Assembly (NCBI GenBank): GCA_018830645.1
Contig: JAHJSA010000069.1
Location: 55,279 to 119,278 of the forward strand
Direction of reading: 5' to 3'
Length of the DNA stretch: 64,000 bases
DNA from: Actinomycetota bacterium
Lineage (GTDB): Bacteria > Actinomycetota > Thermoleophilia > RBG-16-64-13
A program made the position numbers and the translations under genes. Each line of letters begins with the position of its first letter. The first letter of the stretch is position 1. Positions 46,345-55,824 of the stretch are shown here, piece after piece. Under the pieces are notes generated by a model. The model was not told where the DNA came from. It was given only the letters and a program-made list of their open reading frames with translations, and did no database searches.

Positions 46345-47706
46345 ATGCAGGAGTACGTCGCATCGGTGTTGGCACAGGTCAAAGCCAAGAACCCGGCAGA
46401 GCCCGAGTTCCACCAAGCGGTGGAGGAGGTCCTCGAGTCGCTTGAACCCGTGCTCGAGCGTCACCCGGAGTACCGCGCCGGCAAGATCCTCGAACGCATC
46501 GTCGAGCCCGAACGCGTAATCATCTTCCGCATCCCCTGGGTCGACGACCAAGGGCTGGTGCAGGTGAACCGAGGCTTCCGCATCGAGATGAACAGCGCCA
46601 TCGGCCCCTACAAGGGCGGACTGCGCTTCCACCCCTCGGTGAACCTGGGCATCTTGAAGTTCCTGGCCTTCGAGCAGGTGTTCAAGAATTCCCTCACCAC
46701 TCTGCCCATGGGCGGGGGCAAGGGTGGCTCCGACTTCGACCCGAAGGGCAAGAGCGACAACGAGGTCATGCGTTTCTGCCAGAGCCTTATGACCGAGCTC
46801 TTCCGCCACATCGGCCCCAATACCGACGTGCCGGCCGGCGACATCGGTGTGGGCGGTCGCGAGATCGGCTACATGTTCGGACAGTACAAGCGCCTGCGCA
46901 ACGAGTTCACGGGCGTGCTTACCGGCAAGGGCATCAACTGGGGCGGTTCGCTCGTCCGCCCCGAAGCCACCGGCTACGGCACGATCTACTTCGCCCAAAA
47001 CATGATGGGCACCAGGGGCGAGACCCTCGAAGGCAAAACCTGCTTGGTGTCCGGCTCGGGCAACGTGGCCCAATTCGCCACCCAGAAGCTCATCGAACTC
47101 GGCGCGAAGCCGGTGACCCTCTCCGACTCCAACGGCTACATCTACGACGAAGCCGGCATCGACGAGGAGAGGCTCGCCTTCGTCATGGACCTCAAGAACA
47201 AGCGCCGCGGTCGCATCAAGGAGTACGTCGAGAAGTACCCGTCGGCTGTGTATACCGAAGTGGAGCTGGGCGCCGAGGTGAACCCCATGTGGGATCACGC
47301 CGCTGACTGCGCCTTCCCCTGCGCGACTCAGAACGAGATCAGCGGGACCGACGCGGCCAACCTGGTGAAGAACGGCGTGCACTTGGTGAGCGAGGGGGCG
47401 AACATGCCCACCATGCCTGACGGCGTCTCCCAGTTCCTCGACGCCGGCATCCTCTACGGACCGGGGAAAGCCTCCAACGCCGGTGGCGTCGCCGTGTCGG
47501 GCCTCGAGATGACGCAGAACAGCATGCGGCTCAACTGGACCCGTGAAGAGGTCGATCAACACCTGCACCGCATCATGCATGACGTCCACGCCTCGTGCGT
47601 ACGAGCCGCCGACATGTACGGCACCCCCGGCAACTACGTGAACGGCGCCAACATCGCCGGCTTCCTCAAGGTCGCCAACAGCATGCTCGACCAGGGCGTG
47701 GTATAG
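46345..47706 (+). CDS. gdhA: NADP-specific glutamate dehydrogenase
   Basis: GGGKGGSDFDPKGKSD, the Glu/Leu/Phe/Val dehydrogenase active-site signature. 453 aa. Confidence 0.9.
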   Translation: MQEYVASVLAQVKAKNPAEPEFHQAVEEVLESLEPVLERHPEYRAGKILERIVEPERVIIFRIPWVDDQGLVQVNRGFRIEMNSAIGPYKGGLRFHPSVNLGILKFLAFEQVFKNSLTTLPMGGGKGGSDFDPKGKSDNEVMRFCQSLMTELFRHIGPNTDVPAGDIGVGGREIGYMFGQYKRLRNEFTGVLTGKGINWGGSLVRPEATGYGTIYFAQNMMGTRGETLEGKTCLVSGSGNVAQFATQKLIELGAKPVTLSDSNGYIYDEAGIDEERLAFVMDLKNKRRGRIKEYVEKYPSAVYTEVELGAEVNPMWDHAADCAFPCATQNEISGTDAANLVKNGVHLVSEGANMPTMPDGVSQFLDAGILYGPGKASNAGGVAVSGLEMTQNSMRLNWTREEVDQHLHRIMHDVHASCVRAADMYGTPGNYVNGANIAGFLKVANSMLDQGVV

Positions 47707-47727
47707 GCTGAAGTGCAGTTACCTGCG

Positions 47728-47762
47728 GATCGGCGGCGCCGCATGGCGCCGCCGATCTCTTT
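47728..47762 (+). terminator. Rho-independent terminator of gdhA
   Basis: Perfect 13-bp stem GATCGGCGGCGCC / GGCGCCGCCGATC with a GCAT loop, followed by TCTTT. Confidence 0.6.
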
Positions 47763-47950
47763 GACGTCCACCGTAGTCCAATAGACGCCCCGTGAACCAC
47801 CCCGCCGGCGCCCGCACGGCTGCGACCGACCGCCCGCCGATCCGCCGAGTCGCACCGTCCGGGGGCTCCGACTCTTGGTATCCTGTTCGGGTAGACGGGG
47901 GCCGCTCAAGGTGGGCGAAGCCCGCCCCGATCGCCGCACAGGGGAGTCCC

Positions 47951-50920
47951 ATGCCTTCGATCCACGACCTGCTCACCGATCTCAGCAATCGCAGCCGCTT
48001 CCAGGACTTCGAGGTCCTGATGTCCTCCCGCGTGGAGAACATCATCCTGGTCTCGAGCCTCTACGATAAGTTCATCCTCCAGGAAGACGGGCAGCTGAGC
48101 GAAGTGATCCTGGGCGAGTTCCTCGACCTACACCTGCACCACACCACCGGGCTCACGCACGTGGCCACGGGCACGGAAGCCCTCGAGTTGGCCCGCTCCA
48201 ACAAGACGTTCAACCTGATCATCACCGCGATCAACGTGGGCGACATGAACGCGGTCGAGCTGGCTGAGAAGGCCCGCGAAGCAGGGCTGGACGTGCCCAT
48301 CATCGTGCTGGCGTACGACGGCGGCGAGCTCTCCGACTTCATCAATCGGCACGACGTCTCCAAGATCGACAAGTTGTTCCTCTGGCAGGGCGACGTGCGG
48401 ATCCTGCTCGCGATCATCAAGCACGTCGAAGACAGGATGAACGTCGAGCACGATACGCAGGTCGCCGGTGTGCAGGTGATCCTCGTGGTCGAGGACAGCA
48501 TCCGCTACTACTCTTCGTTCCTGCCCATGATCTTCACGGAGCTGATCCGCTACTCGCAGCGGCTGATCCCCGGTGGCATGAACATCGCCCACAAGATCCT
48601 CCGCATGCGGGCGCGGCCCAAGATACTCCTCTGCACCACGTTCGAAGAGGCGTGGGACATGTTCACGCGCTACCAGCAAGACGTTCTGGGCATCATCTCC
48701 GACATCGAGTTCCCGCGGAACGGGGAGCTTGACCCGGAAGCCGGCGTGGAGTTCGCCAGCCGCGTGCGCGAGCTGTGGCCGGATGTGTCGATCGTGCTCC
48801 AGTCGGGCCGCCCGGAGAACGAAGCCCTGGCCAAGCAGGTGGGGGCCTCCTTCCTCCTCAAGGGTTCGGTCACGCTTCTGCAGGACCTGCGTCGGGTCAT
48901 GATCGAGCAGTTCTCGTTCGGCGACTTCGTGTTCCGCTCCCCCGACGGCGCAGAGATCGACCGTGCCGGCGATCTGCGCACGCTGGCGGAGAAGCTACAC
49001 ACGGTCCCGGTGGAGAGCACGGCCTTCCACGCTGAACGGAACCACTTCTCACGCTGGCTGAAGGCCCGCACCGAGTTCGCACTCGCCCATCGGCTGCGGC
49101 CCCGGAGGATCAGCGACTACGACACCCCCGAGGAGATGAAAGCAGCCCTCATCGAGACGATCGAGGAGTACCGTCGCGAACAGGGACGCACCATCATCGC
49201 CGACTTCGACCACCGCAGTTTCGACACGACGAGCTCTTTCAGTCGCATAGGCGGCGGGTCGCTCGGCGGGAAAGCGCGGGCACTGGCCTTCGTCCGGCAT
49301 CTTCTGAGCGCCGTCGACATGCACTCACGTTTCCCCGGAGTGCAGGTGTCGGTTCCGCCTTCGGTGGTGTTGGGCACCGACGTGTTCGACCAGTTCCTCG
49401 ACCGCAACGACCTGCGCGACTTCGCCATCCGCTCCACGGACACCGACGAGGTACGCAGAAGATTCCTCGCGGCACCGCTGCCCCACGAGGTCACACGCGA
49501 TCTCGTCTCGTTCCTCGAATTGATCACGTATCCGCTCGCGGTGCGCTCGTCCAGCCTGCTGGAAGACTCGCAGTATCAACCGCTTGCGGGCGTCTACGAG
49601 ACTTACATGCTGCCGAACAACCACCCGGACACGCGTCAACGCCTCCACCACCTCGAGGCCTCCATCAAGAACGTCTACGCGTCGACGTTCTCCACGCACG
49701 CCAAGAGCTACCTCGCCGCCACGCCATACCGTCTGGAAGAGGAGAAGATGGCGGTGATCGTGCAGAAGGTCGCGGGCGCCCCCCACGAGGAGCGCTTCTA
49801 TCCGGAGATCTCAGGAGTGGCCCGCTCCTACAACTTCTATCCCACCGACCCCGTGAAGGCTGAGGACGGCGTGGCCGTCGTGGCCCTTGGGTTGGGTCGG
49901 ACGGTGGTGCGCGGAGAACGGGCGCACAGCTTCTGCCCCAAGTACCCCCGACATCAACTGATCACGGGCAGTCTCGACGACACACTGCGCAACTCCCAGC
50001 GTTCGTTCTGGGCGATCGAGCTCGGCCCCCCGAGCGACGACGCCTCCCCCGATGTGTGGGAGAAGCAGTTCGACCTTGAGGCGGCCGAAGCCGACGGGAC
50101 TCTTGCCCACGTCGGCTCGACCTACTCCCCGGAGAACGAGGCCCTCTACGACGGCATCTCGCGCGACGGTGTGCGCGTGGTGAACTTCGCTCCGCTCCTG
50201 AAATTCGACCTGTTCCCGCTCGCGGGCATCATCGACCTTCTCCTCGACGTAGGCGCCCAAGGCATGGGCATGCCGGTGGAGATCGAGTTCGCGGCGAACC
50301 TCACCGTCGCCCCAGGTTCACCCAAGGAGTTCGCCTTCCTACAGATGAGGCCCATGGGGCTCTCTCGAGAGACGGAAGAGCTCACCATCGAGGATATCCA
50401 CAGCGACCGGGTGCTCTGCCACAGCAGCAGCACCTTGGGCAACGGGCGGCTCGACGGCATCCACGACGTGCTCATGGTGGACGTCGACCACTTCGACCGC
50501 TCGCGTAGCGCCGAAGCGGCCCGTGAGGTCGCCCGGTTCAACTCGAGACTCGCCCGGAACGGCACCCGCTACATCCTCATCGGAGTGGGACGCTGGGGCT
50601 CGGCCGACCCCTGGCTGGGCATCCCCGTGACGTGGGATGAGATAGCGAACGCCAAGGTGATAGTCGAGTCGGAGCTGAGAGACATCGCCGTCACGCCGTC
50701 GCAGGGCAGCCACTTCTTCCAGAACCTCACGTCGTTCCGAGTGGGCTACTTCACCGTCAACCCGGAGTCGGGCGACGGGCACGTCGACTGGGAATGGCTC
50801 GCCCGCCAAGAAGCGGTCGAGGAGGGCGAGTTCGTACGCCATCTGCACTTCACGGAGCCGCTCGAAGTCACCATGAACGGCGCGAAGCGGGAAGGGATCA
50901 TTCTGAAGCCCTCGACGTAA
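47951..50920 (+). CDS. Multidomain protein: two N-terminal receiver-like domains + PPDK_N (PEP/pyruvate dikinase nucleotide-binding, ATP-grasp-like) domain; no phosphohistidine or PEP-utilising domains
   Basis: VILVVEDS in the REC-like segment. SFSRIGGGSLGGKARALAFV and later regions match the pyruvate phosphate dikinase N-terminal domain. Start taken at MPSIHDL. Confidence 0.6.
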   Translation: MPSIHDLLTDLSNRSRFQDFEVLMSSRVENIILVSSLYDKFILQEDGQLSEVILGEFLDLHLHHTTGLTHVATGTEALELARSNKTFNLIITAINVGDMNAVELAEKAREAGLDVPIIVLAYDGGELSDFINRHDVSKIDKLFLWQGDVRILLAIIKHVEDRMNVEHDTQVAGVQVILVVEDSIRYYSSFLPMIFTELIRYSQRLIPGGMNIAHKILRMRARPKILLCTTFEEAWDMFTRYQQDVLGIISDIEFPRNGELDPEAGVEFASRVRELWPDVSIVLQSGRPENEALAKQVGASFLLKGSVTLLQDLRRVMIEQFSFGDFVFRSPDGAEIDRAGDLRTLAEKLHTVPVESTAFHAERNHFSRWLKARTEFALAHRLRPRRISDYDTPEEMKAALIETIEEYRREQGRTIIADFDHRSFDTTSSFSRIGGGSLGGKARALAFVRHLLSAVDMHSRFPGVQVSVPPSVVLGTDVFDQFLDRNDLRDFAIRSTDTDEVRRRFLAAPLPHEVTRDLVSFLELITYPLAVRSSSLLEDSQYQPLAGVYETYMLPNNHPDTRQRLHHLEASIKNVYASTFSTHAKSYLAATPYRLEEEKMAVIVQKVAGAPHEERFYPEISGVARSYNFYPTDPVKAEDGVAVVALGLGRTVVRGERAHSFCPKYPRHQLITGSLDDTLRNSQRSFWAIELGPPSDDASPDVWEKQFDLEAAEADGTLAHVGSTYSPENEALYDGISRDGVRVVNFAPLLKFDLFPLAGIIDLLLDVGAQGMGMPVEIEFAANLTVAPGSPKEFAFLQMRPMGLSRETEELTIEDIHSDRVLCHSSSTLGNGRLDGIHDVLMVDVDHFDRSRSAEAAREVARFNSRLARNGTRYILIGVGRWGSADPWLGIPVTWDEIANAKVIVESELRDIAVTPSQGSHFFQNLTSFRVGYFTVNPESGDGHVDWEWLARQEAVEEGEFVRHLHFTEPLEVTMNGAKREGIILKPST

Positions 50921-51007
50921 CATGTGGCTCCAGAGAGAGCTCGGGAACAGAAGCGCCCGCCGAAGACGGCGAGGCGCAGGTGCCACAGGAAACGCAAGGA
51001 GGGCTGT

Positions 51008-52267
51008 ATGTTCGAGGTAGTCAGAGCAGTTGCGGCGTTGCGGGACGAAGCGGAGACCGGCCACCTCGGGAGAATAGAGCGACTGCTCGACTTCGTGAGG
51101 GACAGCGGGCTCTATCCGCCGTTCCACACGGTGGAGAGCCGGATCAACGAACCCGAGTCGGTCATCGAGGGACGCCCCTACCTCATGTTCGGTGCGAACA
51201 ACTACCTCAGCCTGTCCGAGGACGAGGCCGTGAAGGCTGCGGCCATACGCGCGATCTCTCGCTATGGCATAGGCCCCGGTGGGTCTCGTCACATGAGCGG
51301 CACGGTGGATATCATCGTAGAACTGGAGAGGCGCCTCGCCGACCTCACCGGCATGGAAGCCTGCATGACTATCCCGACCGGCTACATGGCGAACGTGGGA
51401 GTCATACGTTCTCTCACCTGCGAGTTCGTCGGCCGCATGCCCTATTCCGACAGTGAGAGCGTCGTCTTCGTCGATGAGTACATCCACGGCTCCGTCAGCG
51501 ATGGCTGCCGCCTGGCCGGTGTACGCACGGTCCGCTACCGTCACAACAGTCTGGACGACCTCGAGCGTAGGCTGGAGCAGAACCGAGGCTACACCAACCG
51601 GGTGATCGTCACCGAGGGGGTGTTCTGCCTCGAAGGAGAGATCATCGACATCCCGGAGTACGTGGCGCTTGCCCGTGAGTGGGACGCGATGCTCCTGGTG
51701 GATGATGCTCATGCGATAGGCGTCCTCGGACCCCGAGGCGGGGGATCTCCCGACTATCACGACTGTGCCGACGGGATCGACCTGGTGGTCGGTAGCCTTG
51801 ACAAGGCTCTCGGCGGCACCGGCGGCTACATAGCCGGCAGCCGCACCCTCATCGATTACCTCTGGCTCACGCTGCGCTCGAACGTCCTCTCCTCGGCTCT
51901 GCCGTGTGGAATGGCCGGGGCCATGCTCGAAGTCCTCGACCGCGTGGAGACGGCGACCGACATCCGCGCCGAGTTGGCCTCCAAGGCACACTGGCTGCGC
52001 ACCACGCTTCGGGCTGAGGGGTTCACCGTGCTAGGCCCCCACGACATCCCCTCGGTGCCGCTGTTCATCGGCGACGAGGCGGAGGGGATCGCCTTCGCCT
52101 CCGGACTCCTCGAGTCGGGGATCTACTGCCCGCTGATGCGCTGGCCGGCCGTCCCGCCCGGACGTTGCCGCTTCCGACTGAGCATCATGGCGCGGCACGA
52201 GCAGCGACACTTGGATGCCCTCGTGGAGGCCTGTGTCACGGTGGGCCGGGACCTCGGGATCATCTAG
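51008..52267 (+). CDS. Alpha-oxoamine synthase family PLP enzyme (BioF / serine palmitoyltransferase / KBL-like)
   Basis: FGANNYLSLS, DDAHAIGVLG and GSLDKALGG (PLP-Lys) motifs. Confidence 0.8.
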   Translation: MFEVVRAVAALRDEAETGHLGRIERLLDFVRDSGLYPPFHTVESRINEPESVIEGRPYLMFGANNYLSLSEDEAVKAAAIRAISRYGIGPGGSRHMSGTVDIIVELERRLADLTGMEACMTIPTGYMANVGVIRSLTCEFVGRMPYSDSESVVFVDEYIHGSVSDGCRLAGVRTVRYRHNSLDDLERRLEQNRGYTNRVIVTEGVFCLEGEIIDIPEYVALAREWDAMLLVDDAHAIGVLGPRGGGSPDYHDCADGIDLVVGSLDKALGGTGGYIAGSRTLIDYLWLTLRSNVLSSALPCGMAGAMLEVLDRVETATDIRAELASKAHWLRTTLRAEGFTVLGPHDIPSVPLFIGDEAEGIAFASGLLESGIYCPLMRWPAVPPGRCRFRLSIMARHEQRHLDALVEACVTVGRDLGII

Positions 52268-52301
52268 GAGCACCGCTGGCGGAAACCGCTCAGGCCTACC
52301 C

Positions 52302-54998
52302 TCAAGCCACCGGAACGGCGCGCCCCGGGCCGAGGATGGAGTCGATCTTCCCCACGAGGTCAGCGGGTGAGAACGGCTTATCGATGAACTCGACCCCGGG
52401 GGGCAAGCCTCCGCGTTCGGTCAACCCGGTTCCGGCGTAGCCCGACATGAGGAGCAGGTGCGCGTCGTGCGACTGCGCCGCCAGGCACTCCACGAGTTCC
52501 CGGCCTCCCATGCGCGGCATGACGACATCGGAGAGGATCAGATCCACCTCGCCACACTCCTTGAGGATCTCGAGCGCCTCCTCGCCGTCTGCGGCCTCGA
52601 TCACCGTGTAGCCCTGTTGACGCAGTGTACGTGTGGCCAGACCGCGGACGGCCGCTTCATCTTCCACCACCATGATCCTGCCTACCCCCGCATTCGGCGT
52701 TCGCTGTTCGAGCGGAGCCTCTGGGATCACTTCGCCCATGGACAATGGTAGAAATACCTGGAAGAGCGCTCCTCGTCCCTCGTGCGAGTCGACTCTGATG
52801 CCGCCGCCGCTCTGGCTCACGATCCCGAAGACGGTAGCGAGACCCAGACCGGTGCCGGCTTCACCCTTAGTGGTGAAGAACGGCTCGAACACGTGGGCGC
52901 GGGTACGCTCGTCCATGCCGACGCCTGTGTCCGCTACCGTCGCGCGCACGTATCGGCCAACGGGGAGTCCCTCATGCGCGATGGGGTGGTCGGCGCTCAC
53001 CCACACCGATGAGGTCTCCAAGGTCAATCTGCCTCCGCGGGGCATCGCGTCTCTCGCATTGACCGTCAGGTTCATGAAGACCTGTTCGATCTGACTCGGG
53101 TCCGCTTCGACGAGCGGCAGCCGCTCCTCTAATCTCACGTTCACTTCGATGTGTTCGCCCACCAGGCGACCGAGGATCGGCTCAAGCCCCCGCACCACAT
53201 CGTTGAGATCGACCACCTTGGGTCGCATCACCTGGCGCCGTGAGAAGGCCAGCAACTGCCGGGTCAATGCGGCGGCACGCTGGGCGACGTTCCGTATCTC
53301 AAGCGCGTCCGCACGCCTGGGATCGTCGTCGTCGAGATCGCCGGCGAGCATGTCGGAGAAGCCGAGGATAGCCGTGAGGAAGTTGTTGAAGTCGTGGGCG
53401 ACACCTCCGGCCAACAGACCCACGGCCTCCATCCTCTGAGACTGCCGAGACCGCTCTTCGTTCCCCCGCTGCTCTGTCACGTCTTCGAGTATGCCCACGA
53501 TCTCGAGCGGGGTGCCTTTGTGACTCCGGGCCAGGGTCATGCTGTCGCGGATCCACCGGTAGGCTCCGTCCGGTCCTCGCAGCTGATAGTCCACCAAGTG
53601 TTTGCCCTTCTCGAAGACCGCGGTCATGTCATCGTAGGCATGACGATCGTTGGGGTGCACGTGGCGTTCCCAGAAGTCCTGGTCGGCGAGAAAGGCTGAA
53701 GCTGGGTATCCAAGCCGTTGCAGTGCGTTCGCACCCATGTAGGTCAAGTCGTAAGGGGCATTGGCCTCCGCCGTATACATCACCGCCGGGCTCAGATCCA
53801 TCAGATAGTCGGAGCGACGTTGCTGCTTCACAAGCTCTTCGTGTGCACTACGCAGCTTGAGCGTGCGATCGACCATGCGGCTCTCGAGCTCTGCCTTCGC
53901 CTCCAGGAGTTCATCTTCGATGCGTTTCCTTCGGGTGATGTCGCGCATGATGTGAACCCTGCCACGACACCTCCCGCGGCGGCCTCTCAGGTCACGCCGA
54001 TGCACCTCGAATACACTCGCCCCCGGTCCGGCTTGCCATTCCGGTGGACCCGCCGCGGCTTCGGCCTCCTGGGTGAGGATCGCACGCAGATCGGACACCG
54101 GTGCGAAGGACTCCTCCACGTGCCGACCGATGACATCTGAGATCGCCAATCCGGTCGCCTCACGGGCCGCAGGATTCATTTCTGCGACGCGGCCGATATC
54201 GTCTACCACGATCAACCCCTCGCCCATCTGCTCCACGACAAGCCTGTGCGCGATGGGGATCACATCAAGGAATCGGTGCCGATAGAAACTCACGAAGAGA
54301 ACGAGGGCCGAGAGCGAGAAGGCCATGGGCGCCGGATTCACATGGCTGACTCCGGTCAGGTACGTCAGATCGGCCAGAAGTGGCAGTGTGACGGCGAGCA
54401 CCAGCCCGAGCGCCTGCCTTTGATGCAGGCGGGGAGCGCGCGCGAACGTGTCCGCAAGAATCAGAAGCGCGAGGACCATGAGAAGGTACACGTAGGCCGT
54501 GTCCGTCCACCACCACAAGGTGCCTGTCACCACCAGGGTGGGCACGTTGGCGACCACCTCAAGCTCCAGGCCCCGCCAGAGAAGTCCGTGCAGCTCGTTC
54601 GTCCACCCGAGGAGCAGCGTGACTACCGGCACGATGGAGAGCAGAACTACGTTGCGCGCGGTGACGAGCCGGTCGCTTCCCACGTAAGCCAGTGCGAACA
54701 GCAAGGTCGCCGGCCCGAAGGGAGCCATACCGAGCAGCTCGACCTTGTACCAGAACACGGCGCTCTCGAGATCGAGCGCCCCAAGGCGCGCGGCCGTTGC
54801 CACCGACCAGACTACCGCCCCGAAGGCGAGCATTCCGAGTGCCAGCGCCCCGGGAGCTTGGCGGCGCCGCACGGCCATCACCCCCACCGCCGTGCCCAGC
54901 AGCGCCGCAGCCAGCAGCAAAGCCGCTTCGAGCATCATGCGTACGAGACCGCCACGTTCATCCGCTTCACCTCGAGTACGTTCGGCACCACGCTCCAT
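52302..54998 (-). CDS. Hybrid sensor histidine kinase: N-terminal multi-TM domain, PAS domains, HisKA/HATPase and C-terminal receiver
   Basis: HDFNN H-box, N/G1/G2 ATPase boxes, and MVVEDE...D receiver motifs. Start uncertain (ORF track extends to 55133). Confidence 0.75.
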   Translation of the reverse strand: MERGAERTRGEADERGGLVRMMLEAALLLAAALLGTAVGVMAVRRRQAPGALALGMLAFGAVVWSVATAARLGALDLESAVFWYKVELLGMAPFGPATLLFALAYVGSDRLVTARNVVLLSIVPVVTLLLGWTNELHGLLWRGLELEVVANVPTLVVTGTLWWWTDTAYVYLLMVLALLILADTFARAPRLHQRQALGLVLAVTLPLLADLTYLTGVSHVNPAPMAFSLSALVLFVSFYRHRFLDVIPIAHRLVVEQMGEGLIVVDDIGRVAEMNPAAREATGLAISDVIGRHVEESFAPVSDLRAILTQEAEAAAGPPEWQAGPGASVFEVHRRDLRGRRGRCRGRVHIMRDITRRKRIEDELLEAKAELESRMVDRTLKLRSAHEELVKQQRRSDYLMDLSPAVMYTAEANAPYDLTYMGANALQRLGYPASAFLADQDFWERHVHPNDRHAYDDMTAVFEKGKHLVDYQLRGPDGAYRWIRDSMTLARSHKGTPLEIVGILEDVTEQRGNEERSRQSQRMEAVGLLAGGVAHDFNNFLTAILGFSDMLAGDLDDDDPRRADALEIRNVAQRAAALTRQLLAFSRRQVMRPKVVDLNDVVRGLEPILGRLVGEHIEVNVRLEERLPLVEADPSQIEQVFMNLTVNARDAMPRGGRLTLETSSVWVSADHPIAHEGLPVGRYVRATVADTGVGMDERTRAHVFEPFFTTKGEAGTGLGLATVFGIVSQSGGGIRVDSHEGRGALFQVFLPLSMGEVIPEAPLEQRTPNAGVGRIMVVEDEAAVRGLATRTLRQQGYTVIEAADGEEALEILKECGEVDLILSDVVMPRMGGRELVECLAAQSHDAHLLLMSGYAGTGLTERGGLPPGVEFIDKPFSPADLVGKIDSILGPGRAVPVA

Positions 54999-55147
54999 TC
55001 CTCCTTCAGGAAGATATCGGCACAATAGGCGGTCGGCCTGAAGGATGGTGAGACGCGTCCGGTGGTTTAGTCCGCCATGCGGGGCGGGCATCCATGACTG
55101 AAGAGACACCGCTGAGATCGTCAGCGCCAACACATAGGAGTCGGATC

Positions 55148-55402
55148 ATGGATCAACCCCCCGTCAAGCTCTATGCTCTTAGCACCTGCGGCCACTGCAA
55201 GCACACGAAACAGCTTCTCGACGAGTGCAACGTCGTGTATGACTGCATTGATGTGGACAAATGCGATGCCGAGGAGCGTCAGGCGGTCCTTGACGAGGTG
55301 CGCGCGGTCAACCCCAACTGCTCGTTCCCCACCATCGTCATCGGCGACAAGGTGATCGTGGGCTACAAGGAGGCCGAGATCAAAGAGGCCTTGGGGCTGT
55401 GA
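55148..55402 (+). CDS. Glutaredoxin-like protein (CGHC active site, NrdH/YruB-like)
   Basis: VKLYALSTCGHCKHTKQLL in an 84-aa thioredoxin fold. GTGA-coupled to the next gene. Confidence 0.7.
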   Translation: MDQPPVKLYALSTCGHCKHTKQLLDECNVVYDCIDVDKCDAEERQAVLDEVRAVNPNCSFPTIVIGDKVIVGYKEAEIKEALGL

Positions 55403-55737
55403 GGAACGACGTCCGAGCCTTGTACGAGCGGCTTGGCCCTCTGCAGGAGAAGAAGGGCTACCCGTTCAACGCAGACGTGGAGACCGTGGAAAGCCTCCTC
55501 GAAGGCCTGCTTGTCAACAAGGAGCGCTACGGGTACATGAGTTGTCCGTGCCGCCTCGCGGTGGGCGACAGAGAACTCGACAAAGACATCATCTGTCCGT
55601 GCGACTATCGGGCGCCCGACGTAGAGGAGTACGGCGCGTGCTATTGCGCTCTCTACGTGTCGCCGGCCTGGAACGAGGGCTCCTTGCCCCGGGACACCGT
55701 ACCGGAGCGGCGCCCTATCGGGCGCCTTCCCTACTAG
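55399..55737 (+). CDS. Ferredoxin:thioredoxin reductase catalytic-subunit homolog (FtrC-like)
   Basis: CPCR...CPC...CYC spacing (YMSCPCRLAVGD...IICPCDY...YGACYCALYV) as in the FTR catalytic subunit. Confidence 0.7.
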   Translation: MRNDVRALYERLGPLQEKKGYPFNADVETVESLLEGLLVNKERYGYMSCPCRLAVGDRELDKDIICPCDYRAPDVEEYGACYCALYVSPAWNEGSLPRDTVPERRPIGRLPY

Positions 55738-55824
55738 GAGTCGGCCACCCGCCCGCGGCAAGGCGGTCGCGATCATCCGGCCGCTCGGGGCCCCGCCTGT
55801 CGGCGGGCGCCCCGGTCACGAAGA

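Noticed and set aside
46219-47589. 456-aa minus-strand ORF
   Set aside because: Antisense to gdhA, which carries the GDH active-site signature.
50339-51991. 550-aa minus-strand ORF
   Set aside because: Antisense across the REC-PPDK_N and alpha-oxoamine synthase genes.
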